Part shown: one piece after another, positions 28,316 to 40,990 of the stretch
Layout of the letters: each line of letters starts with the position of its first letter
How positions within the stretch are numbered: the first letter of the stretch is position 1
Origin: Octopus vulgaris
Lineage: Eukaryota
NCBI GenBank assembly: GCA_951406725.2
Contig: OX597835.1
Coordinates: forward strand, 44,826,001-44,890,000
DNA: 64,000 bases
Direction: 5' to 3'
Program-made: the position numbers and the translations under genes
The notes under the pieces: generated by a model
What the model saw: only the letters and a program-made list of their open reading frames with translations
What the model was told of the DNA's origin: nothing
Database searches by the model: none

Positions 28316-28358
28316 CGCCCGTTGACGAGGGACAATAATCCCGAAACTAGTTCGAGCG
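28316..28358 (+). ncRNA. Minimal type I hammerhead ribozyme motif, U3.G8 wobble
   Basis: CGCCCG UUGACGA GGGA caauaa UCCC GAAA CUAG UU CGAGCG. Helix I is 5/6 bp, helix II is 4 bp, helix III is palindromic ACUAGU. Confidence 0.75.
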
Positions 28359-29135
28359 TATCACTCAGGCTTGCGAGGAAGGGATGGCCTCCCCTTGCAA
28401 ATACTCCAAGGACACTGATATTGTGTCTAAAGCCAGCTTGAGACGAAGATCTCTTGGGGCTATAAAGCTACAGTAACACCCCCTCCCCAATGTGGTTAGC
28501 CATGATAAGATGGCTTCTATACTTTACATTATCGAGCGATTACTGTTTCAATCTCATTCTGAGATTTAATTATGATTAATTATAATAATTCCTGGGATTG
28601 TGTTTAATCAACTGTTGCATAACCTACTTACCATCCCAAAATAATATATGTGCCATTGTTTGTTATCTTAAAATTCGTCCCTCATCGAATGTCTTCCTTC
28701 ATCTTACCAAAAGGTGATGAAAAATAAACTGACACTCAAATATTTGAAAACGTTTTGATCGCTTTTGTAGTGGAGTATTCGATTTTGTTTCTTTGGGTTT
28801 CGAAGCGTAACGCTATCAAATTTAGCTTTTTATCCTTGGAAGGATAAATAAAAGAATATATAGACATATCTCTCCTCCCATTCTCTGAATGTGGCTTGAG
28901 TTGGAATCCAAATTTTACACCGAATAGCAATATGTTAATATAATGTGTTTGCTGACCAGGATCCGAAACCGCATTTCTGGATTTAAACTGAGCCGATAAC
29001 ACAGGCAACGTTTTATTCCTCACCTCCGGCGAAAAGTTAAGTGACAGTCAATTATAAGAAACAATTCAATCGATTATTCTCTGTTTCCAACATATTCCTC
29101 TTTCACTAATTAGGTGTAACTAAACAGTGATAAGT

Positions 29136-29383
29136 GGGGGCGCGTGGCTTAGTGGTTAGGGTGTTGAACTCATGATCGTAAGCTTGTGGTTTCGATTTCT
29201 GGACCGGGCGATGCGTTGTGTTTTTGAGCAAAACACTTCATTTTCACGTTGCTCCAGCCCATTCAGCTGACAAAAATTACTAATCCTGCGACGGACCGAC
29301 GTCCCGTCCAGCTGGGGAATTTCTACGCCACCAAAACTGGGAAACCGGCCCTTATGAGCCTGGCATGGCTCGAGAAGGAACAT
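29136..29383 (+). mobile_element. tRNA-derived SINE, family C, with 13 bp TSD
   Basis: A-box TGGCTTAGTGG, B-box GTTTCGATTTC; TSD TAAACAGTGATAA at 29121-29133 and 29387-29399. Confidence 0.9.
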
Positions 29384-29896
29384 TTATAAACAGTGATAAA
29401 ACAATATAGAAATGTGTACAGTTGTATTGAAACGTTCGTATACAATCGGACGAACGACCTTTGGTGTGGATGAAATCACGAAAATGAAATATTCTATATG
29501 CAGGATGTTCGAAGAAGAAAAGGGGTTATGGATTGTAATGATGCAGCAGCCCCTATCCAACGGATGGCTCAGTAACGGGATTTCACAAACATTGTCTATA
29601 AGGAGTATTTCTCTCAGACACTCTATCCACAGAGATGACCTTATAATGATTGTGTGTACAGACATGTTAAATACTATCATATATATATATATATATATAT
29701 ATACTGCCACAGCTAACCTGCTTCAACCCCAACCACCACCACGGTTACTACTACTACGACCAACAGTCACTGCTGCTACTGCCTTTTCAGCCGCTGGTCA
29801 TTCGGACACATAAGACAGCTAAAAACAACAACGTGGATTCTGTTGTAACCATTAAGAAACAATTATGATCATTTTTATTACACTTAACTTTTTAAA

Positions 29897-29948
29897 ATAT
29901 TTTTGATAAGGTTCGTCTTTTCATGAAGAACCGAAACATGTAAAATTT
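29897..29948 (+). ncRNA. Minimal type I hammerhead ribozyme motif, U3:A8 variant
   Basis: AUAUUU UUGAUAA GGUUC gucuuuucaugaa GAACC GAAA CAUG UA AAAUUU. Helix II is 5 bp, helix III is palindromic ACAUGU, helix I is a weak 4-5 bp. Confidence 0.65.
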
Positions 29949-29999
29949 CTAAGAAAATTAAAATTTATCTTATATAGTGGCGTTTTCAAACTTCTTTGT

Positions 30000-30077
<78 letters not shown>

Positions 30078-30090
30078 TAAACATAAATGC

Positions 30091-30154
<64 letters not shown>

Positions 30155-30341
30155 GTGTGTGTGTGTGTGTGTTAGGAAAGTAGTGAGCATTTAAACGCAA
30201 AGAAGTGACATCAACAGGAAACCTAGCATGCTAGAAGGAACAGTTAGGATGCAAACCATGGTTAGGGGGAATTTCGAAGGGAATGAAAAATAAAAGTACT
30301 TACCATATTTTCTCACGAGACCGAGGTTTGCATTCTGATAT

Positions 30342-30343
30342 AT

Positions 30344-30431
<88 letters not shown>

Positions 30432-30451
30432 TTATCTATCTATCTATCTAC

Positions 30452-30523
<72 letters not shown>

Positions 30524-30595
30524 TTATCTATATATCTATCTATTTATCTATCTATCTATTTATCTATCTATCTATTTATCTATCTATTTATCCCT
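30342..30595. repeat. (TATC)n tetranucleotide array
   Basis: Directly visible. Confidence 0.95.
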
Positions 30596-31039
30596 CTCTC
30601 TCTTCCTCTCTCGCTTTATATATATATATATATATGTATATTAATCATCGCGGCTGAGTGTATTTATTTATTCATTTCTGCTTGATCACTATGTGCACCC
30701 GACAAAAGATGTATTAACTGTTGCCTAAAAATAAGAACTAGTTTTGATTAGGCTATAAACGTGAGTCTGTAATTGACGAAACAACTAATGCATACGGATC
30801 CTAATGTACGAATACAGTATATGTTGGAATTTCGCACACATTGTACATAAGGGACTTTCATTCCCAAGACAGTATCCGCATGTTTCATCTTATTGCTGGA
30901 ATTTAATTGGCGCCAGGTAAACGTTTATCTCTTAAATACCCAAAACGGAGAAAAATTTTGTATTTAGCTTATATTTTGGATATTTTGTTTCTATTACATA
31001 TTATTAATATAATGCAATAAATTAATACAGTTTATAATT

Positions 31040-31215
31040 TAGGTTTCAAATTTTGGCACAAAGCCAGCAAACTCAAGTGCGGGGTGGGGAATAAATCGTT
31101 TAAATCGACCCCAGTACTTGAGTGGTATTTCTTTTATCGATCCCGATAAGATGAAAGGTGGGGAAGGCAAGGTTGGCATCGGAGGAATATAAGATTCTTA
31201 GACATTTGTATTCTT
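31040..31215 (-). mobile_element. Family D SINE fragment
   Basis: TTTTGGCACAAAGCCAGCAA..ATCGACCCCAGTACTTGAGTGGTATTTCTTTTATCGATCCCGATAAGATGAAAGG. Confidence 0.75.
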
Positions 31216-32059
31216 CGGGCCAGATAACGCAGACCACATGATTTGTTCATTTGTCTTCACGATAACTCAATGTCAAGCGGTTAAGAAATCCCTATAACCC
31301 CTTTCAGTATCTCCACAACTGTCTGATCAACGGAAGGAAGTTATTGGAATGTTTGCAGAGCATTGTACTCCGCTAAAGGAACTCAACGGTCAGATATGCT
31401 AAGAAACCGATGAGAATCCAAGTGATGGCGTTTTTGAAACTAGTTACCATAATTCTCATTCCAATTTTAATCATCTAAGGTCATGATACAGAAAAAATAG
31501 GTGCTTAATTATAAGAGTACTTTTAGCGTTTAGGGCTAAGTGTCGGCTTATAGATGTTTAGAGGAAGGATTTAGAAGTCTGTGGTCAGGGTGTACATATT
31601 CAGGTTTACACTTGTATTAGAGTTAGGGATAGTGCTTATGTATATGGTATAGGTTTTAGGCCTTCCTTACTTTTAAGCTTCAATTTGGGGCCAGGAATTA
31701 GAGCAAGATTCAATAGGGAAGTGATGATTCAAAGATGAATTGTTAAATGAAATTTGGTTTTTAGAATCGTTAGATTCAAAACGTGATATTATTTAATTAC
31801 TTTGTGTGATTTAAGACATTGTTTTAGAATTAAAACTTTATGAGGATGGGCTTTATTGCGAGACTTTTTCAAACTTTTACTCGGAACTGCCTTTTATGAT
31901 TTGAGAGAAAGATTAACTAAATCAGTAAAATTCTACAAAATAGTATTTTTCGCAAAATATTCTTTGAAAAATAAATTCGATATAAAGTCCTTTCTATAAA
32001 ATGACATTGACTTAAATGCAATTTCAACAGCACCATTAGATCAAGGAGTCTTAAATACA

Positions 32060-32215
32060 ATAATTTCAAATTTTGTCACAAGGTCAGCATTTTCTAGGGA
32101 GGATTACATTGACCCCAGTGTTCAACTGGTACATATTTTATCGACCCCCGAAAGGATAAAAAACGAAGTCGACCTCAATGGAATTTGAACTTAGAACGTG
32201 AAGACAGACTAAATG
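32060..32215 (-). mobile_element. Family D SINE fragment
   Basis: ATTGACCCCAGTGTTCAACTGGTACATATTTTATCGACCCCCGAAAGGAT..GTCGACCTCAATGGAATTTGAACTTAGAACG. Confidence 0.8.
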
Positions 32216-32763
32216 TAGTCTCAGATATATCATGTGTGTAAAGCAAAACAATAAAACAACGTCTGTTGAAATGCGAAAGATCATAGGAAATCTGCTTGAT
32301 CAAAGCTGACAAGCGGTTTCATAAAAAGTGTCCTCAGAGATAATAGAGTTGAAAAAGCAAAAGAGTGTTTCCGTTACTAAATTCCATGGATATTCAACGT
32401 TAACCGAAGGTTCTCAGTGCATTATAAATTTTATTACATCTGTGGTATCCGTGCGTATCTAAATAAGTATTTAAGCTTGAAAGTAAAATGAAGCAGACAG
32501 AATTATTATGCAAACAACCCGGACATCATTAGTTCCTGAATGGTAGAATTAATCAACCAAAAGATTTAACTCTTTCTTGTGGCATCCACTCTGTTGCAAG
32601 AACGAAATCCAGTTATGGACACTTACGCATGCGCTGCTCCCTACATTAGCAAACAACCAGTTATCGTTCCTTCCTAACCAAACCCATTTCAGAAATCACG
32701 AATGTGTTATGAGCGAGGTTCTCATCTCCGTCAAAATATTTTTATAAAATCAATCAAGATATA

Positions 32764-33180
32764 GGCGCAGGAGTGACTGTGTGGTAAGTAGCCTGTCTAC
32801 CAACCACATGGTTCCGGATTCAGACCCACTGCGTGGCACCTTGGGCAAGTGTCTTCTACTATAGCCTAGCCTCGGGCCGACCAAAGCCTTGTGAGTGGAT
32901 TTGGTAGACGGAAACTGAAAGAAGCCCGTCGTATATATGTATATATATGTATGCATGTGTGTGTTTGTGTGTCTGTGTTTGTCCCTCTAGCATTGCTTGA
33001 CAATCGATGCTGGTGTGTTTATGTCCCCGTCACTTAGCGGTTCGGCAAAAGAGACCGATGGAATAAGTACTGGGCTTACGAAAGAATAAGTCCCGGGGTC
33101 GAGTTGCTCGATTAAAGGCGGTGCTCCAGCATGACCGCAGTCAAATGACTGAAACAAGTAAAAGAGAAAGAGATAAAAGA
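32764..33180 (+). mobile_element. Full-length tRNA-derived SINE, family A (internal microsatellite, AAAAGAG-type tail)
   Basis: A-box TGACTGTGTGGTAAG, B-box GGATTCAGACCC; at least 6 further copies in the window. Confidence 0.92.
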
Positions 33181-33542
33181 GATGTGCCTATCGGATATTT
33201 TACGAAACTGCTTTGTAATAAAATCTCAGATGTCTCGGGGATCATATTTTATTTTTCTCAAGGTTTCTCCAAAACGAAATTGATAAAAATTCGTAGTCCT
33301 ACAAAAATAAAGTTTAAAAAGTAAAACAACGCATGGAGAGGTTTACAACAAAATTCTTTTGATCATAAGTTTGTTCAATAAAGTTTGGGCTGGGTGCAGA
33401 TATAATGAAGACCAACAAACCAATGAGAAAAGTCGTTTCCACCCTATCAGTTTCCCAAATCAATATATAGTTGATATTCTATTAAACTGATATTCTAAGT
33501 CATTCTTTCTCTCTCTCCCTCCCCTCTCTCTCTGTCTCTGTC

Positions 33543-33578
<36 letters not shown>

Positions 33579-33746
33579 CCCTCCTTGCGATTGAACTGTT
33601 CGGTCATTTGGAAAGATACAATAACAGAGATCGTTATGCGGATGTAATACTGAAACAATATAAGAGGAGACACAGGAAATATACAATGGCTAACAACAGG
33701 TTGAATGAGAAACACACTCACACACAAACACACACTCACACACACT

Positions 33747-33780
<34 letters not shown>

Positions 33781-35389
33781 TATATACATATATATACGCG
33801 TGCATTATGCACATATGCAGATACATACAATAAAGTGAATACGTATATATACACATGTACATACGTATATATGCATACATCAATACACATACGGTCATAC
33901 ATGAACACGTGTGTGTGCTTATATGTTTGCACAGTCGAACAGCCATGTCTAACTACAACTCATATGTAAGGGACATTAAAGAGCAAACAAACATTGCACC
34001 ATTTAAATATTCGGAAAAATTGATTAGAAAGGAATTTTATGCGCTCTCTTTTATTCCGGTGTGTTTATATCGGGGTGTATATGTGGGTATGTGCTTAAAT
34101 GCTAGAGTACTTGTAACTATGTGTGTGTGTGTATGTGTTTCTCTTATTATCAAATCAAGGCAGAAATGAATGCAATAAAACCTGATTTCATAGTCTGGCG
34201 ACTATCAACGTCTATGGAGAGAACTGCAAAAAAAATGGTTACTTGTTATTTATTCTTCAATTGTTTTGAATTCAAGTCTTATGATTGCGTTTTTTGAAAT
34301 ATTTTATTTATAATGGTAAATACCAATGCTGCTAGTGTAACAGTTGATTCTGCAGCTGTTTATTGTATTAGTCTCAGGCTAGATATGAGTGAGCGACTCC
34401 ATTATCAAAGCTTTATGTCCAAGAGTTTCCCGTCTGTACCAACGTGTATTTAGAAACCGAGGATTTCGTTATAAACTTATCAAGTTGCTTCCTATTTGCA
34501 AAAACTGTCGAGCATAATTTGAAGTAAAAATTAAGCTGTATTTCTGATTAGAAACAGCAGCTAAATTTCCCTTCAAATTACTCTTGATACACTACGCAGA
34601 AACTCTGTTCTACGTTGTTCTTTTTTTTCTTGTCGTTAATAATTTTCTCTCCAGGACATGCAAAGTTTTCCGGTCATGACCGCCCCATCGATTTCCTATA
34701 TGAAATGAAAAGCATCACATCACGTTCTCCATTGTCATGTTTGATAAGAGAGTGAATATAAAAATAAAAAGATCTGGCAACTATGTATGTAACAAATCAA
34801 ACAGACTATTGTTCGCTCATAAATTCGTTCATGGCCATTTCCAGAGCACTTGCTTTTGATGGTATTGAAATTTGATACTGTCAATTTTGTCAGTTAAATC
34901 GCTCGCCAAGACCTTTGTAGCCTCCTTCCAAACGAAAGATTAACTTCTTTTAATTTCCTCATGTATAGCATATTGCCATTTGACCCAGCTCAATCAATTT
35001 CATGACATTTGTCTCAGGGCCCTCAACTCGTTGTTGCTATGCTAGGCTGATTCGATCGTACAAATCCTTCTTGATAACTTCCTAACACATGCTGCCTCAA
35101 GTCGTCCCTCACGAACCATTCGCTTATACTTCAATACAAATTTGGAGACCAACCAGAGATCAACGTTGAGTCTAACGTTCCACTTCCTTCCCCTTCTTCT
35201 TTTCTGCCTCATTTACTGTGCTGAAAGTGTATGAGTGGAAGAATATCTCACTTTAAGTAGTTTATATTCTGACAATTCCCCCCGCTTCTGGAAGTACAGC
35301 AAACACTGCGCCCGCTGTCTACAAAAAATATTACTATATATTTCGTGTAGTCCTTATTTTAGTTGTTGTTCTTGAAGTATTTAGGTGGT

Positions 35390-35902
35390 TGGGCGAGCAG
35401 TTTGGAAGCAGACATCAAGATCAGAAAAACACGAGCATGAACACGCACAAAACACAGAAACTCTGAAACCAAACTTTCCGAGGCAGATCTATATCAAGCT
35501 GTTCATTGCAACTGTCAAATCGGTGCCTTTTTGTGGTAGCGAAGCATGGACACAGAAAAAAAAATTATCAAACGGGCCAGATGGTTGAGCCATAAGGATG
35601 CTACGAATGTCCCTAAATATGAAATGGCAGCAGCATATGACAAGTGTATGTCTTCATGGAGACCTGCCGAAAGGTAAGAAGAAGATAAAGAAAAGATGGC
35701 TGCGGTTATTTGGTCATAGAATGCGCCGCCCTGAACTGTAGATGTCCAAATTATGGCTGTTGATGGAAGGGGAAGAAAACGTCGTCACACCTACATCGAC
35801 AAGTTGATCGCAGACACTGGCTGTGAGGTTGTGATGCTGGACCGAGTATGGTGTGTGGACTTTGTTGCTGCGGCCCGGGTTGGAATTCGGCCATAATAAT
35901 AA
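35390..35902 (+). mobile_element. RTE-clade LINE 3' fragment with (TAA)n tail
   Basis: IKLFIATVKSVPFCGSEAWT, RMLRMSLNMKWQQH, LRLFGHRMR; ends CCATAATAATAAT; same clade as 8640-9612. Confidence 0.8.
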
Positions 35903-37123
35903 TCCAGGCTAGATACAAAAATCTTTCAAGCTTTTAAAAAACATATCTGTTTTATTTCATTTTTTTCTTTTGCACAAACTTCCTGTAATATCTAAGGCAA
36001 TATTTCATTAAAATTTACAAATACTTACAAAGTTCCCATTTAATTATTTTTAGTGGGAAATTTGCTAAATGTAAACTCTGAATGTTATGACCAAGGCAAA
36101 ACTGGCTCCTATACACATACAGGTTCATGCTTTCTTTGATATAAGTGTATGTATGCCAATGTTGTAACTATTTTTATTACTGCTGTAAAAGGTTCCAAAG
36201 AAAAATTTTTACAACATATTTTTAATTAAATGTTCATTGATATTTTTTTTGTTTTCGATATAAGTCCTAATTCGACATCGGAGTTTGAATCTATACTACC
36301 ATTTTCTCTATACTGCTTGGTGTTCTGATTTAACATTGTTCACTGGCGTATCAGGATTTATTATTCAGAATATATTCTGAAGCGCAACTTTATGAAGATG
36401 TTAAAAGCAATGAAATATAAAATATGTAAGGATACACGTCTGTTGTACGTTCGTATAGGAGACGATGCACTCATATCTAGCACCGAGATATAATCACAAT
36501 TGAAATGCAATGGGCCGTAGGTGAAATCTACAGAATAATGTAGTAATTTAATTACTTCACATCGAAGGCAGAGGTAATTGTGGTTTTTTAATGGAAAGTA
36601 AATACTTGATGTAGTGTGTGTGTGTGAAGGTGAATATTTGTGTGTGTTAGTGTGAACGCATGTTTGAGGGTACATGCATACATACAAGGTATGTATAAAT
36701 ATTTCTTCGTGTGTGTAATTGTATGGAAGATATGGGTGTGTTTGGTTGGGGAGTTTAACTGTGCCTCTGCGCATGCGTTACGTGATTGCTTGTTCAGTCC
36801 CGATGCCTGGCATCTCCGGCATCTGTCTTCTTCTAGAGTCCGCGACCGACCAATGATTTACGAGCGAATGTCATCGATGGAAGTTCACCGTATGGGTGTG
36901 TGTGAATGTTTGCGCGAGTGTCTTTCTACGAATGTGTGCGTGTGTCTGTGTCTGTGTGCATGTCATTCTGTTCCTGATCGTTCCCTCAAACACTAGACAG
37001 AGCTAGGTCATTTATGTCTCCATAAATTAACAGTTAGAGCAAGAGAAGGAGCCAGAGACAGAGACAAAGAGACGGAGAAATGGGGGGGGGGGGAGAGCCA
37101 ATGAATAAGTAACAAATTAAGGT

Positions 37124-37172
<49 letters not shown>

Positions 37173-37271
37173 TTTAGAGGAATGACCACTAAGTGGACAT
37201 CTATATGCTAAACCACTGATTTTAAATTTATATTAATCAAATTAATATTCAATTTTCACCCTTATACATAT

Positions 37272-37478
37272 ATATATATATATATATATATGGGCACAGG
37301 AGTGGCTGTGTGGTAAGTAGCTTGCTTGCCAACCACATGGTTCCGGGTTCAGTACCACTGCGTGGCACCTTGGGCACGTGTCTTCTACTATAGCCTCGGG
37401 CCGACCAATGTGACCAATGTGAGTGGATTTGGTAGACGGAAACTGAAACAAGTAAAAGAGTAAAACAGTAAAAAGAGT
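37272..37478 (+). mobile_element. Family A SINE with internal deletion
   Basis: Head identical to 32764 copy and joined directly to the tail at ACTGAAA. Confidence 0.9.
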
Positions 37479-38490
37479 ACGTAAACTCAGGCACACGGAC
37501 ACACACGCACACACATAGGTATGTATGGTAATGACACTTTGATGCGAAATTTCGTCACATTTTGAAAGTAAATGCAACAAATTCGCACCTAAACTTGAAT
37601 AGGATGTATTGTGTTTGGTTTGAAATCGCTATCAATATCTCAATTCCCAAAATATGTCAAAATAAAAATAAAATAAAAACGCTAGGAAATCGAATCTAGG
37701 TTTTAATATTCTGTCTGCAACAAGTAAGTTTTATTTGGTATTTATTGAGTATTTATTGCCATAATGAATCCCGATTCAACATCATTCATGATTTATTCAT
37801 TAAGATCTCCACGGTCTTCTATAATTTGTATGAATTCGCTAGAATATCTGGCGACTCTACTGTCATCTTGACTTTTTTCCTTTCTCTAAACTCCTAATGT
37901 CTTAAAAAAACCCTGCTTAACGATCCAGAACTGTTACCAAATATTTCATTAGTTTTCTTTTCTATTTCGTTTCTTTGGATTGCAAGAAACCGAATGCCTG
38001 GCTTCGTCCTGATGCTCCTTAGACAACAGAACAAATAAACTTTGATTGCAATTATCGATTCAAATTCAGGAAATGTTTCACTTCAATCATTGCAATGATT
38101 CGGTTTATTCTTGCTTGGAGATTAGACGATGGTCAATCAATTTATCCCTTTTGTTTTCTTAATATGGATTCATTGTATGAAAAATAGATAAAACGCTCTG
38201 TTGCTTCACCAATATGCTAACTTGGACTATAACAATTTGGAATTCCTTTGGAATTTGTTTCCCGGTGCTATTTTTTTTCTATAGGTAGCACCAATCTTCA
38301 GACTCATAGTGTAGCACAGAAATCTTGGAGAGAGTAGGAGCAGAACAAAATTCTGCATGATTTAGAATAATATTGATCTAACAAGAGGGGTTTTGTAAAA
38401 TGACACCAAAATCCAAGTTTCACGATTTCATAAATATTCCAAAACATACAGACAGACAAATCCCACCCCTACCCCAAACGCACGCACACA

Positions 38491-38538
<48 letters not shown>

Positions 38539-38540
38539 CT

Positions 38541-38650
38541 TTTACTTGTTTCAGTGCTGTCTTTTGTCGAACAAACCGACCCCAGGACTTATTCTTTGTA
38601 AGCCTAATACTTATTCTATCGATCTCTTTTCCGGAACTGCTAAGAATAAG
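38541..38650 (-). mobile_element. Family A SINE 3' fragment
   Basis: TTTACTTGTTTCAGT..GACCCCAGGACTTATTCTTTGTAAGCCTAATACTTATTCTATCGATCTC. Confidence 0.8.
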
Positions 38651-39017
38651 GAGAAATTAAAATTACTGGCTGCTTTCATAGCAAGTTGATGCTGGTTGTT
38701 TATCATGTCCCCTTCCGACTCGAGATCATGCAGTTGGAAAAACTGCTTTATTTATGGGATGACACATATATGTCATTTATGGGGTGACACAGGAAATATA
38801 GATATGTGTGTGTGTGTGCGTGCGTACTATATTCATTTACTCATTAAAATATAGATATTCACAAACAGAAAATATATATACATATGTACGTATGAATATA
38901 TGTATATATTTATGTATGGATATATGTAGGTGTGAGAATGTGTGTGAGTGTCTGCGTGTATATATATATGTGTGTGTATGTGTGTGTGTGTGTGCGAGTG
39001 TGAGTGTGTGTGTGTTT

Positions 39018-39210
39018 TACGGAGATGTACTTGCATAGCAAGTGACCTGATCTGAGATCGTGTGCTGGAACGAAACCAATTGCAGCGTGGAAGTTGTTTA
39101 TAAGCCACTTTAAAATACACAAGTACCGTTAGATTCACTTCAACATTTAAATTTAATTTGTCAAAATATTTTCGTCGCTTTGAGACCGCGACCTGTTCAC
39201 TGACAAAATT
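39018..39210 (-). mobile_element. ~190 bp hammerhead-bearing dispersed repeat, copy 2
   Basis: Homologous to 320-512 with the same boundaries. Confidence 0.8.
39157..39207 (-). ncRNA. Minimal type I hammerhead ribozyme motif, G3:C8 variant (intact)
   Basis: UUUGUCA GUGAACA G GUCGC ggucucaaa GCGAC GAAA AUAU UU UGACAAA. Helix I is a perfect 7 bp, helix II is 5 bp, helix III is palindromic. Confidence 0.75.
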
Positions 39211-39262
39211 CCGTGCTGCATAAACACACACACACACACACATACGCACACACACACACATA

Positions 39263-39310
<48 letters not shown>

Positions 39311-39645
39311 TATATATCTACGGGTTATGAGTGTAACCCACTATGGGATATCAGTTATCCAATATACTGCTGGTGAAGCACCCAAATGCCAAATGCATAA
39401 ATGCTTATAATTGCAATGCAATTTATTTATTTAATGTGTTCGATGCGCGAAATATTTTACCTCAAATACATAATACAAATAAAAAAAATGGAGGAACAGA
39501 TTCATTTCAATCATCGACTTACAGATATTAACAATTCATATTATTTATTAACTACATAAATAGGAACATCTAAATCCAACAAAACAAAAGAATATACATC
39601 AATATGTAAGATAATAATACCATAAGAATAATACACATAAAATGG

Positions 39646-40144
39646 ATCTTGCAGTTGTTTCAACCTGCAGATAACGGTATCTCATTCTGCCTATATTAGT
39701 CAGATGTATTGAGGTAATATGCTGTTAAAAATGAGTTACTTATATATTTATGTATCTCAGGGCCTCGTCATTATATTATACTATATTGTATTATACTATA
39801 TTCTATGTGGTATTTTCCATCTACTATGTCTTGTGAATAGCGGAATGCACATAATCTAATATTGGTATTATTCATAATTATAATAATAATATTAATAGTA
39901 TTGGTAGTGTAATGAACTTTGTATATGTACCCATTGATGTGGATGTATATGTATACTCCAGTATATATATTTCATTATCTGTAACCTTATGTGTATGAAT
40001 ATCATTATACATATACGTATATATATGTATATATATATATGTATATACACTTATGTATATATATATATTCTTGTGTATGTATATTTTGTTTCATATTTAT
40101 ATTTGCATTTTTATAATTGCACTATATAATCTCTGACGAGGCCT

Positions 40145-40181
<37 letters not shown>

Positions 40182-40250
40182 TAACTCATTTTTAACTGCA
40201 TATTACCTCAATGCATATGACTAATACCTTTATCTGCAGGCTGAAACAGA
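39646..40250. mobile_element. Inverted pair of Penelope-like terminal repeats, each with a decayed long-helix-II hammerhead
   Basis: 39646-39770 (-) and 40129-40250 (+) are reverse complements. The + copy reads AUCU CUGACGA GGCCU ...~90 nt... AGGCU GAAACAG. Confidence 0.7.
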
Positions 40251-40559
40251 TACATTTGGCGATGCATTTGGGGATGCATTAATTCTGTCGCAATTGTCGT
40301 TGAACTCTCTTTACGTTTTTCTATTTTTTTTTTACATAAATATAGTTAATTTACCCAGATTGAAATAACACGCAATAACTAAATACCGCTTCGTACACTA
40401 TTTTCACCAATTTTACTACTTTTTACTAATTTTGAGTATACTAGGAAAGAGAGAAAACACACACACACACATCCAACCACACGCAAGCAAATGGACGACG
40501 GGCAATCTTACGACTTACACTCATGATGTGTTGGTTGCCAAAATATTGTACACATGTTA

Positions 40560-40990
40560 CACGCCTAAACAGAACTACTGACCAAAAGATGGCACATAGA
40601 ACTGTCTAAGTACTGGAGTACAGTGAATATGGAGAACCACTTCGAATGACGGATATAGTCAGAGGGCAGAGGTGAAATCTGTTCAGTTTTACATCAGGAA
40701 AATATAAAGAAATATGTTTCTGATGTGGAAAATGTCGTCTCTATATTTTACGATAAAATCGCGAACACGCCTGTATTTGATTCAGAAATATTTCACCTTA
40801 TTTTACAATTAACGTGAAGCTGTATGGATGAAATATTTTTAAAAAATGGATATACACTCACCAGTATTTACAGATTTTGCCAAACAAGGTCGAGTTCCGT
40901 ATTGGAAATGTGGTGTATCGCAGGTCCCGAATTTTTGGAATGGACCTTCAAATTGCAATAAGAGACAAGGCTTTCAGCCATTGACATATT
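40560..40990 (+). pseudogene. Possible MULE-like transposase relic
   Basis: Scattered peptide words DGT, Q.IWR, V.FYIRK, F.YF and WN in MULE order, but heavily degraded. Confidence 0.25.

Noticed and set aside
28950-28980. CTGACCA GGATCC GAAACC hammerhead-like words
   Set aside because: C3/C8 is unpaired, the helix II loop is impossible, and there is no helix I or III.
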